Positions 13,266 to 25,960 of a stretch of DNA of 64,000 bases are shown here, piece by piece. The first letter of the stretch is position 1; the number at the start of each line of letters is the position of its first letter. The notes under the pieces are model-generated. The model saw nothing but the letters and a program-made list of their open reading frames with translations, was not told the DNA's origin and did no database searches. The stretch is from Chrysomallon squamiferum. Its lineage: Eukaryota > Animalia > Mollusca. A program made the position numbers and the translations under genes. Where the stretch lies: NCBI GenBank assembly GCA_012295275.1, contig CM022676.1:14632001-14696000 (forward strand). Reading direction: 5' to 3'.

Positions 13266-14496
13266 TGTGTATGTGTATGTGTGTGTGTGCTGTTCTCCTT
13301 GTATAACCATTTTGTGAATCTTGAGACAGATTATTCTAGCACTTTACTGCTATAATGAATACAAACATACAGCCATCCATCCATACATACATACATCCGT
13401 CCATCCATACATCCATACATCCATCCATCCATCCATACATACATACATACATACATACATCCATACATCCATCCATCCATACATACATACATACATACAT
13501 ACATCCATACATGGATCCTTATCGGAGACCCCGAGAGTCAAGTGAACTACGCTATTAACCTGCACGAGACAGACATATATTACATCTGACTGGAATGTCT
13601 ATCACAGAGGTAAAGCATCCATAGAGTGACTTGTGTGATTCTAAAAAAACACTACAAATATATTCTGTGTATAAGTCACATAAAATATATGTTTTTTTTG
13701 CAACAACACATTACAAATATATCGTGCATATAGAAAGGGAAAGCTTCCATGGATTGACTGGTGTCCTTGTGAATGTACTAAAACTGTATAGTGTGTATCA
13801 TGGTACGTACTGAACGTATCAGTATGTGAGTGTCACACTATTAAAACTCAATTTAAAGAAAACAAAAAACAACAACAAAGAAACACAAAACAAAGTAAAG
13901 TTTCAGTTCAAATCTGATCATAACCAGAACTTCAAAACTATTTGTAACGTGAATAAAACAGAGAGCTTAGCTTTAGGTATAATATTTAATATTATTTAGT
14001 ATTTCCTAAGAGAAAAAGACTTTGACAAGTGATACATCACTACCTGAAAGACAAGTCCTAAGTCACAGCAGATCGTAAACCTAACATTAATCCTGACTTA
14101 CGCTTAATTAGCTATTATTCTGGTCTCAATATTTTCAATAATTCCGAATGAAACCATAACACTAACCTTAAATCTGACCATAGGATTAAATGTAATCTGA
14201 GCCCGCCACTAATATCTGCACTGAATTAACTGCATTTACCGAAAGCACATGACTATTCTACTAACCCTTATGTCATCTTTCGACAGTTCTTAGCCTAATT
14301 CAGGTTTAAACCGTAATTTTAAAAGTAAAATAATCATTTTCTTAATTCTAACGCTACATGTACATGCATCTCATTTGATGGATGAATGAATATTGAATGA
14401 AATAAAGAAAAATGAAGTGGTCGAAAACAAAATTAAACAAAATTTGTTTGTTACTTTTATGTGTCATTACAATGACTGTTATATGATAAATACTAT

Positions 14497-14690
14497 TTGC
14501 TACATACAACACATCCTTGTGTAGTAACTTTATTACACTGACAGGAATTGAACCACCGACCTGTCAGTGTGTAATATAACATTAGTTCACTTGTTACATA
14601 CAACACATCTTTGTGTAGTAACTTTATTACACTGAAAGGGATTGAAGCACAGACCTGTCAGTATGTAATAAGAAGATTAGTTCAGCACAA
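14497..14690. repeat. 94-bp tandem repeat, 2 units, with internal hairpin and B-box-like motif
   Basis: Units start at 14501 and 14595 and contain TTACACTGACAGG-loop-CCTGTCAGTGTGTAA. Confidence 0.85.
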
Positions 14691-14773
14691 CATACCTAAC
14701 TTTGTAATATATGAAACAAAATATATCGAAAACAGAAGTAAGTAAATAAATAAATAAACAATAAAAGATAATG

Positions 14774-14818
<45 letters not shown>

Positions 14819-14820
14819 CG

Positions 14821-14871
<51 letters not shown>

Positions 14872-16002
14872 GAGGCATGATGTACAGAGTTGTTCTCTAT
14901 TTAATTCTGAGTTTGCTTATCCCCAATCCAACCAGTGTTTTTGTTGTTTTTTGTTTTATTTTAAAGCTTTTTTACAATTTATTCACCATTTATTCTTTCT
15001 ACACAGAAAAGAAAAAAGATGACATGAAAAAATAAATATAATTAAAACATTTATTTCTATACTTCTATATTTTGTGTTTACATTTTTAACAAATTAACAA
15101 ATTAAGTACAAATTATAATTTTATGTATAAACAAACTGACAACTTCTAATGTTATGTCTAATGAATATTGTATATAATATAATTTACTACCATATCTATT
15201 TTACATAAATCTAAATAAAATAACACAGACAAATGAATCAAATAGCAGTTCTTAAGTTCATGTCTAACAAACAGTAAACACATAATTTATCTTCGTATTA
15301 GTTTTAAAACGAAACAAATAACAGTATTTTATTTGATTTATGACAAAATCTCAACACATAATTTATAATATTTCTTTATAGACTAACCTTATTTAGACTT
15401 TTATTGATACTTTGTATTTCATGGGAATTAATTTACAGATGGAAGACGGAAAAACAAATAATTACAAAAATAATTAAGTTTTTTTGACTCCTGTGTAGTG
15501 AATACTGAACGATATAAAATTTAATTTGATACTTAAACTAAAATAAAATACCACTTGGTGTCTTATAAATATTACATATTTACGCATATTCAATAATAAG
15601 ACATCTATGAACAAAGAAAAACAATATATATATATATATATATAATATTCGAATATAAATTAACACATTTAGAATATAGAATTGACATATTTCTTCTATT
15701 ATATGACAGTTTAAAAAATACATTTAAAAAAACATTAAATATTCAAACAATCTATAATAAATAAATAAATAAAGCAATGAGCTGTTTTTGTACATTATAC
15801 ACGTGTCTGTTTGACAGAAGCCAGTGGATTAGAAACTTTCAAATAAAGTGTGTATGACGTCATCACTGCTGTCTGACGTCATCAGAAATACAAATGTAAA
15901 CAAAAATAAGTAAATGAAAAAATAAATAAACAAATACAAAAATAAATAAAAATATGAGCCCAGTGATGACTAAAAGTGACAGTGTTTGAACGATGTTGTT
16001 TT

Positions 16003-17218
16003 TTACACTAAAAATAACAAAGCAGGTATCTGTCCGTCTGTCACACCTGTACGAAGTTGTCTGTCACTGTGTTTAGATTTGTGTGAGACAGAAAATCTAC
16101 AAACAAAAGAGTCTACAACAATTTCTGATTTACCTTTACCTCCACACCTTGTGTATTCTCCCTTAATATTAACAAACAAGCTGTACTCAGTGTCTTTAGT
16201 AATCTTCACTGGACGTCTGAACACGACGTCATACACGCCAGACACGACGTCTTCATATCTCTGTGTCAGTGTAGACCCGTCCAGTATTTCGTCTGTTCTT
16301 GTGTCAATGACGAAGGCGCTGACGTCGTAGTTTTGTGGTTCACGGTAACCGTACAACTGAAATCCGCGAAGTAAAGCGTTTTCGGTGAGAGAGAAAGTAA
16401 TGGCGTGATCTACTTCATGTGAACATGACAAACAACCATATAATATACCAAACCGTTTTACTGTTATCTGTGTCTTAGTAATCAGTGCGGTTCTCATTTC
16501 TGAGTTAAAAGGTGAAACATCTTCATCTGCACACAGCAAACATTTTGCAATCTTAAGTTCTTCTGTCTCGCTGAGTATCTTAGTCCGTGTCACGTGTTCT
16601 ACAAAATACCTCTGATCGAGTAATGGATAACGCACGTGCTTCACGATCTCTCCCATTGCTTCGCGTCTGTTTTCTCCACTGATTTCCTTTCCTTGTTTTG
16701 TGCACGCGCTGTCAGCCCACTTCAAAGCTGCTTCGAAAACATTCTTCTCCTTTGCTATGAGTTCGTCTGATCGTACGATCTCAACCAGACATTCGTGACA
16801 AAGATTTGAAACTTCATCTGACTTCAGAACTTCATCGCCATTTTTCAAAATGTAGTCCAGACTTTTTCGTTAGATCATGTTCATCAAACAGGTGAGCTTG
16901 TTCCAGCACGACGCACGCATTCTGTGACGACAACGACGACTCCAAATAATGTGTGCATTCATCTTGAAGTGTTGTGATGATGTACTTCCTCGATAGATAC
17001 AGCAGACCGGTGACGTTGTCGCCTGTTAGGACGACGTCATCCGTATAAAGATATCTGTGTAAAAGAAGTAGAGTAAGACTTTAAAATGTGAGATAACTAA
17101 GTGAGATCAATTAATTAGAAAATAATTAGATTACTAACAAAAACTGTATGGTTATCAACGTTTCTGTCTGTCTGTATGTCTCTCTTCCTCACTGTGTTCG
17201 TACGTGTGTTTCCATGTC

Positions 17219-17252
<34 letters not shown>

Positions 17253-17516
17253 AACATACTTTAGAAACTCTGAGAAGATTTCTGCCTTCACATCCGGTAC
17301 TTTGATATTTAACTGTTCGCGAAGTTCTCCACTAAACATTTGATGGAAAACTTCGCTTCGAATCATGAGTATGAAACGATGCGCATCAATAGTCGTTTTA
17401 TTTTCTCCCACTACAAATGTGATATCACTCTCAGCTTTCGTACGAAAAACGTGTTCAATACACTGAGTTAATTTCTTCCCTGTCTGCCAACTTGTGATTT
17501 CAGCTGATGTGGCCAT
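16003..17516 (-). pseudogene. BTB/POZ-BACK-PHR gene copy A, frameshifted (pseudogene or assembly error); exons 17260..17516 and 16003..17054
   Basis: Exon 1 and the splice sites are intact (FLKYLYTD after splicing). At about 16862-16870 the sequence is CTA-ACGAAAAAGT-CTG versus CTA-AGGAGAAAAAGT-CTG in copy C, a 2-nt loss giving TGA at 16832-16834 (159 aa). The downstream BACK-PHR frame (16003-16848) is otherwise fully open. Confidence 0.8.
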
Positions 17517-17536
17517 GTTTTCACTACAAACAAACG

Positions 17537-17582
<46 letters not shown>

Positions 17583-18231
17583 TAAAAAATAATCAAATTG
17601 TACAGACAGAAATGTAAAAACAGAACTTAGAGCAAAAAAAAAATAAAAATAAAAAAAAATAAAATAAAAGGATAGATAAATATATAGCAAATCGATAAAA
17701 GATAAAAATAAATAGTTTATGCTTATACTAGCGATTATTATGATGGTGACGACGACAACAACATTAATTATTATTATCATTATTATTATAAACAGACGTG
17801 TTGGGTCACAGTCAGGTAAATACTATTTCAGTGTGGGACAAACGGTTTTCAAATTGCAATGTCCTTATGGTTATTTATATCATTTTACTCCTCGTAAGAC
17901 AACAAAATTCCGTCAATGACACATCTAAATAGAAAAATTATGTGAGAAAAAGGTGAGAAAATAAGAAAATAAAGGATGACGATGCAATGTTTCTAAAGTA
18001 GAAACAATATAAAATTCACTGTAATTTCAATATGGCTACCTACCTTTCTGATCGATAATTTCGGATACGCGACTACTTTCTGTTTAACCTCAACTATAGA
18101 GCGCAGGTATAACCGATCTAAAAATAAAATAGCTAACATATAAAAAGCTGCCAATAAATAATAATTTATTAAACAAGGGCTGTAATGGGGTAGTAGTAGT
18201 AGAAGAATAATAATAATAATAATAATAATAA

Positions 18232-18286
<55 letters not shown>

Positions 18287-21200
18287 TACTGAAGATAAGT
18301 TTAAAATGTTTATGCTCTTGTGGTATTTAGAACGATGTGACAAATTCACTGTTAATACATTGTGCCTTTGTCTATATTGGGAGAAGATAAATAATTTCAA
18401 TAAGGACACTACATACAAACACAACAACAACAACCGAATTAGTTCCAATAAACGAAATAAAAAGGAAACAGAAAGATAATACAGAAAACATTAGATAATA
18501 ATATTATTAAATTCATGATACGTAAGATTCATGCACCAGAATTGTAAATACAATTTCGCTATCTGACAACACATTTTCAAGTCAGGCTTTACGTAACGTT
18601 TTCCATGTCAACATAAAATAACACCTCACACTATAATGATGTATTTGTTAGAGAACTAAAAATAATCAAACTAAGATGACTCGAATCGTTAAAAGATAAT
18701 ACAATATAATATATCATTCGCTTTCAATATGTTTCAGTTCTGCCTTGTTTACTTTTGGTTATCAGACTCCTGCGCTGATAAACACGTGACTGGCGTCAAA
18801 TATCCTCACGTCATCAAGTGTCACTTCTTAGGTTTGAATTTCAGATTAAAATAAACAAATCATGCTACGAGACATGTACACTCATCTTAAACACATTTTA
18901 TCTCAAAGTAGAAATATTAATTTTAGGTAGTCCTATTACATAACATTGTTTACATTTATGTTATAAAATGTATATAATAATAAAAAAATTTAAAACAAAA
19001 GAAGAAAAGAAAAGAAGAAAATTTTAAAAGAAAAAGAAAACACAAGAACTACTATTAGTTTAGAACTATATCGGTGCCATCTATGATCGGTAATTTCTTA
19101 GAAGCGAGTACTTTCTGTTTAATTATTCTACTATTCATCAATGAGATATCATAGATAAATAAATAAATAAATAAATAAAATTAAATAAATTAACTAAATA
19201 AATAATAAAATGGCATATAAATAAATAAAATAAAATAAAATATAATATTGACGAAGGATAAAAAATAGCATAAGCTAGAATAATTCATACAACTATATCA
19301 GAATGATAACGATAATGGTGATAATGGAATCTGTTTATGACAACAACAACAACATAAACAAAAATAAACAACTAATACTTCTATGCTGCTACTACAACTA
19401 CTGCAGCTGCCACTTCCACTATTAAACCTACTGCTACCATTACAAGTGGCACTAATTATTGTTACTACTGCTACAAATGTATTTATTTACATATTACGAA
19501 TAGTGTTTTTTTTTCTGGTGGAATAATACACATATAAATCAGATGTAACACACACACACACACACAAACATATACATAGTAATAATAAGAAGAAGAAACA
19601 GAAAAAGAAGAAGAAGAAGAAGAAGAACAACTACAACAGTAGCAGCAGCATACTAATTTTATCGTGTGCATGTCCTATTTCTCTGACGATACTCACTTGA
19701 CCAGTCTATCAAGATACAGCTAACACGTGATTGCTTGTTTCTTATGTAGGTCAGATAAAAACAGTGTATCACACGAGATCAAATTACCTACCAACAGAAA
19801 AAGTTAAACAACGATCTGACAAATTCATTGTTAATACAATGTCTGCGCATATATTAAAAAATAAACAGTTTTCATTATTTAAATTGTTCAATAAACTTCG
19901 TAAAAAACTTCAATAATGACGATAAAACATAAACACAATAACCAGCAAATTACTATAGTTTTTTAAAAAAAAAAAAACAAACCTGTAATTAGAAAATAAT
20001 ACAATTGTATAACAGCTAATAATTGTTTTTATGTTTTTTTGTATAAAGAAATCAATAACATTTCAATAAACTTTGGAACGGATAAATAAAATAAAAGTCA
20101 ATTAAACATATTTTTCAAGTCCGGAATGAATTATAATTTTCAAAAAAGAATAAAAAAAATTAAATCAACTGTAATGATCAGGTTGCTTGTCACAATTAAC
20201 AACTGTAACACATAATTTTTTTTATGTTTTTGTTATAGGTGAAAACTTGCAGTAAAGATTTTGAAATAAAATAAACGGATAAATAACCAATCGCTGAAAT
20301 CAATTAGATTAAACGAACTAGGGAGAATGAAGTAATTTTTAAAGGAAACAAAAGATAAAGAAACATCATATGAACCTCTTCAGATAAATGTTTTTGTTAA
20401 CGACACTGTAAATTTTATTTTGTTTACACATTTCTTATTTTAAACAATTGCTGTTTTGGGAAAAAATGCTGTTGAAAGAAAATAAGAAAAAAAACTGATA
20501 TAAACACATCAAGTCTAATTTGTTTCCAATTAGCATAATAATAATATTTTATATAATACGATTGGATGAACAGGGTAATATATATCATAATATTAATGGC
20601 TCACTTTAAGCATCATAGTAAATAAAAATTTTTAAACTATTAATTGCTTTAGATGTTATTTCTTTTATTAACAAATTTTTTATTTTTCTTTCTTTCTTTC
20701 ATAATAACGTTTTCAAAACAGTACTGTTCAGTAAAGAGATAAGAAGAACCATACAGATATAAACCAGTGAATATATATATAAAATAAATGGTTGTTTCAT
20801 TATTTATCTTACAAAACATTCTTCTCCATGTGATAAACATGTTAAAATATCAACAAAAAATCCGTTTAATAAAAATAGTTAAAAAAAAAAAAAATTTTAA
20901 ATAAACTTCTTGGCAATTAACAAAAAAATTGATAATATAAAAAATGTTACAAATATGTCTTGCCCATTTTAGTATTCAAGTATTGTCATATAAATATTAT
21001 AGTAATGCATGATTACATAATATTTTTTACATAATAATTGCAAAAATAATATTCAATTATTTGTGCATTTATTTGAAGTCTTATACAGATGACAGATTAA
21101 ATAATAAAAATATATCTACATTAAATGTTAATGACAGAGGTCATTTTGATCCCGTTATTTTTGCTGTGAAAATGGGATAATCATTTAGTGAGTTAGCCGA

Positions 21201-21842
21201 GAAACTGAGTCAAAATCATGATTTTCGCTGAAGTCATAGTCCCAGTATCAAGATGAGATAATTTAGTTTATGTAGATTCTGGTTATAAACAGTTGGTTAT
21301 TTTCAGAACACTTGTACAACCTGACGCTTCACCAAACATGCTTACAAAATGTCCAAGATGGCGCCAGTTTAGTTTGAATCATTGAAAACGACAGTTTCCT
21401 GTGAGTAAGAACAGTCTTCAAAGTTAAATTCTGAAATGTGTTTTTGTTTTGTTACAAACAAATTGTAAACATTCAGCATTGTAGTCGTAAGATATTTGAC
21501 AATATCATTAATATGTAGAAATTTTATCATCATTTATCTAAATTAATATTTTACAAAAATAGATTATTATTATTATTATTACTAAAAAGGTAAGATAGTA
21601 AAACAGTTTGGAACCTGTAAATCATCATTTTATTATTATTGTTTTTTTCCACTTTGTTTTTAAAATTTCTTAACTGATTAACAATGGTTAGCAATACTAA
21701 ACATTTTAATTCAGTCATTACATTTTTAATGTTTTACTGAAATCATTTTTATTAAATAAATGTATTTACATGTTACTTACATGTACTAATTTATGAAGCT
21801 GGTCTAAGGGGAGATAACTTGTTATTTAATGTGATAATTTTT

Positions 21843-23565
21843 GTTTTTGGGGGGAGGAGTTACTCATTATTTTATTATTATTCCCCAGTTGAAATGATTA
21901 TTTGCATAATTTAAATTTTAATGTCAGGTATTTCAAATGTTTATTTTTGGTACTAAATGTAGATAATGTGTGGTTTTATTTTTCTTACTGACTAGTTATT
22001 AATAACTTTACTGTAATAATCAAGACTAAGGTTTCAATAAGTAAACTAAACATTTTCAGTTTATTTATTTGAAATATTCTGGTTGCCATATATTATTTAA
22101 TATTAAATTGTGAAAGATTTTGTTTTTTTTTATTTTATTTATTATTATTTTGTTTCATTTGAACTTAGTTGTATATATATATATATATACATTTTAAATT
22201 GTTACACTGTTTTTGCAGAAACGATAAATGAATATAGAATATAATAATTTGAATATTTTATGAAATGATTTGTTCTGTTTTTAACATGTAGATGTAATTA
22301 CCATCTCAGACTGGTCATGACAAATTTTACTTTTTACATTTTAAAACAAACCAGAGAAAAGTAAAAATCTTGCACATATAAAATAACAAATTAATTTTAA
22401 GACTGTTTATTTTAAAGAAAATTATTATTAGACACTATGATAACTTAGTATTTATATATAAACTTTTGTGAAGAAAATTGAAATCAGACCTGTGTCTAAT
22501 AAATAAGAAGGTTTTATCACTAAATAGAAACCTTACAAATACAAGAAAGTTTTATTATTAAACTAGTCATATAAATTAAAAATATAATAAAGTTTTATAA
22601 CAAAAATTAATCTTTTAACTCACCTTCTTGTAAACTCCATTGGTTTGCTGTTAACATTATCCAGCACAAACAAACTTTGTCTGTTTTATCCTAATTTGTT
22701 TCAGAAATCACATATCAGGTGTGTCAGTTACAATAGCAATGTCACTGATGCTGCTGGTTGCTGTACAAGTGGCTGGGACTGAATGACACTGGCTGCTTGC
22801 AATGCAGTTGTTGTCTGATCAGGACACTGTATCACATTAACTGCCGATGTCACCGATGCAGCCTGCTGCTGCTATACAACTGTCTGCATCTGAGTGAATA
22901 AAAAATAAAAGTTGTAAAAAATAAAAATCACAAAAGAGTATGTTCATAAAGATTCCACTGATGACATATTTTTAACAGAAAATTACATATAAAATGAAAA
23001 CAATTTCAAATGTTTTACCTCAGCTATATACTGCATTTCATATTTATTAGTCCACTTACCATCTCCTTGATTAACACCTGTCATCTGAGTGTTTCTGTCA
23101 CATTCCATAAACTGCACTAGTCTTTCTTTCTTCTTATCAGAAAACAATCAACACTAGAGTGTGATAAAGTACTGTTCTGCTAATAGTGTTAAAATATTTT
23201 TCAACAAAAAACAAAGTCTTTTACTTATAAGCTCAAGTTTATAATAGTTTAGAGACATCAACAAAGATATCTCAATCAAATTATAATTCTCTAAGTTAAG
23301 ATTTCCATAGCTTGATCAACATTTTAAGACCAAAGTAAGTCACAATTGACACATACTAATAAACACACATACACATTTTTATTTTTTACACATATCAAGA
23401 AAAGAAAACATATAAATGAAACAAATAACAATTAGTTTCATATCGAAAAGGTAAGCAAACATAATTTATCTAAGTATAGATGAAAGTTAATTTTGTTATT
23501 TCGAACCAAAGCAAAGTAAATAAATTGTATTATTCTACATACAATTAATTTATTTAAGAATGACA

Positions 23566-23621
<56 letters not shown>

Positions 23622-24388
23622 ACTAACACTAGTAAAACTGATTTCTTTAGTCCTGTTAAAACAAAACTATATCAAAGTCCGTCCAAAACATCTAAATTGT
23701 TCTTGTTTATTTGTTTACTTATATTAAAAATACATGTGACCAGTTTTCCTCATTATATATAATTATCAATCTGGATTATGTTTAAAAATTAATTAATTTT
23801 AAAATTCAAATTCGGAATATAGCCAATATATGACGAGTAATAGTTGAACACCGCCAAAAATGTATGCAAAATGTTTTTAGATTTTAACGTTAACCATGTT
23901 TCATGAATTACTGGAGAAAACATGTCTCCCGAACTGAACCCGGAAGCATGACTGCATTATACAAAACAAACTTTATCAGCAAGTAATTAATGCACAGCGG
24001 TCAGCCTTTAGTTAGTGGTTGTGTAAAACGAACATATTTAACTACAAGGAATTTTGATCATTGCTAAAATATAACAGTTATTACCGTTAAGATGCGGAGA
24101 GAAAAATCAAACATCGATTTCCGAGGTCGGGGTTATGCGTTAATTTCCCCCGTATTAGAGAGAGCACCACACTCGAGAACTGTGTCAATTAGACATTCTG
24201 AATCAAGTTTTCTGTACTTTACTAAACTTCTGTGGATTCATTACTACAGTAGACTATTGTGAAAGATTATGTGAAGATAAATATAGTAACCAGTGTCCTA
24301 CGTACTTCGAGTTAAGCAATCCTATGTCTTTGTTGTATCGAAATAAAGGGAACACTTAAACATAAGAAGTATTCAAAATAGTCACACC

Positions 24389-24462
<74 letters not shown>

Positions 24463-25895
24463 TTTGATCAAATAAGCTAAAAAATATAACATAAAATAAC
24501 ACAATCATATAACACTTCAAACAATAATAATATAAAAAATAGCAAACACAATAAGAAACAAAAAGGAAATACATGAATACAAAACAACTATATCAATTAA
24601 TTAATTAATAGAAAAACTGACTCACCAGCTGATAGATTTATTAACACTGAGTTTTGGAACATATGTTAAAAATTCCACGTTTACTTGACACAAAGAAGTA
24701 AACTGGTTCTGGCTGTCTGTAATATGAACTTGCTGTACAGAGCTACACCAAAGGGGTGAGTCCCAGGAAAAGAACTGGGAAGATGTTGACCAACTCAGGT
24801 TATACCAGCTTCACAAATTACAATTTTACATTTTTCTACCAAACTGTTATAACATTTTCTTTCTGCTTCCACAGTCTATAGATACTAAAATTGCTTTCCA
24901 AACATTGTCATTTCCTCTTCTGCTGGAAGACTGGCAGTTTGCTGTATCTTTTCACTGTTTGCATTGCCAGCACAGATCTGTTTTGGGAAAATAAAAGGAA
25001 CATGTATTTTATACAGACTGATAAACGATGACCTAAAAAGGATTAAAAATCAGTTTCAGTGACATAAAACTGACAAGTAACCCTAAAGAACACAGTTAGC
25101 TTTTTCTTAAAAATAAATATGAGAACAAAAGTTAAAATAACAAACAAATGCATCCTATAATATAAAATTAATTAATGTAAGAAATAAAACTGTATCATTA
25201 AAATGATATTTACTCCTTTATAAATGTTTCAGAAGACATTCTGGTAAATATCACTTAATCTGTTACAAAAATTACACATTATTCAAATGAATTCTTACCC
25301 AGTGTAATGGCAGTCTGTTACACCCTCCAAAGTGTAGTGTTAGTCTGACATGCAGACAGTATTTTCAAATCACTGGCTTTGAATCCTGGGACTCACCAAA
25401 GCAAAATGAGTCATAGGCTTGAGGAAAATGCTGCAAAAACTGTACTAACCTTTCTCTGTTTCCACATGTAAATCTGTAAATTACATTTTCTTCTGCCTGA
25501 TTTTTTTATATCTCTCTAAGTTACCCCATTCAGTTTGAAATGCTTCAATAACGCTATGAGTTTGTTCTGACTAAAGTGATTTAAAAAAAAAAAAAAAAAA
25601 AAGTATAAGCAGACACACATTCACATTCATATGTAATGTTTAGTACATTAGTCCTATTTAAAAAATGAAGGAGAAATTACAAATTAATTGCTGCTTATAT
25701 ACAAAATACACTAATGATTAGAAAAAGAAATACAAGTTCTCTCTGCTTTTTTCATTGCAGTGCTTTGTAGAACTCCCAGAATAACCATATCCTTTTCAGC
25801 TGCAAAACAAAGAAAATCTATATTCTTATAATACTGCAACACTGGTAAATTATTTGCCATGACTGTCCTAATTCAGATGATAAATAATAATAATA

Positions 25896-25960
<65 letters not shown>

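Larger units (their letters stand above)
10583..19070 (+). repeat. Segmental duplication block Y carrying BTB copy A (direct repeat of about 40092-49540; inverted relative to about 51770-60700)
   Basis: Colinear unique flanks and the same ordered microsatellites and gene in all three copies. Confidence 0.92.

Noticed and set aside
15986-16330. Antisense ORF conserved in all three full-length copies (also 46437..46772 and 54797..55138; likewise 46818..47039, 47044..47268, 54316..54540, 54545..54745)
   Set aside because: These are shadow frames of the BTB gene exon 2. Conservation follows from recent duplication, and they show no independent protein features.
16858-16872. Programmed ribosomal frameshift at G-AAA-AAG rescuing copy A
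   Set aside because: That motif resembles a -1 slippery site, but restoring the frame needs +1 (or -2). The paralogues show a plain 2-nt deletion.
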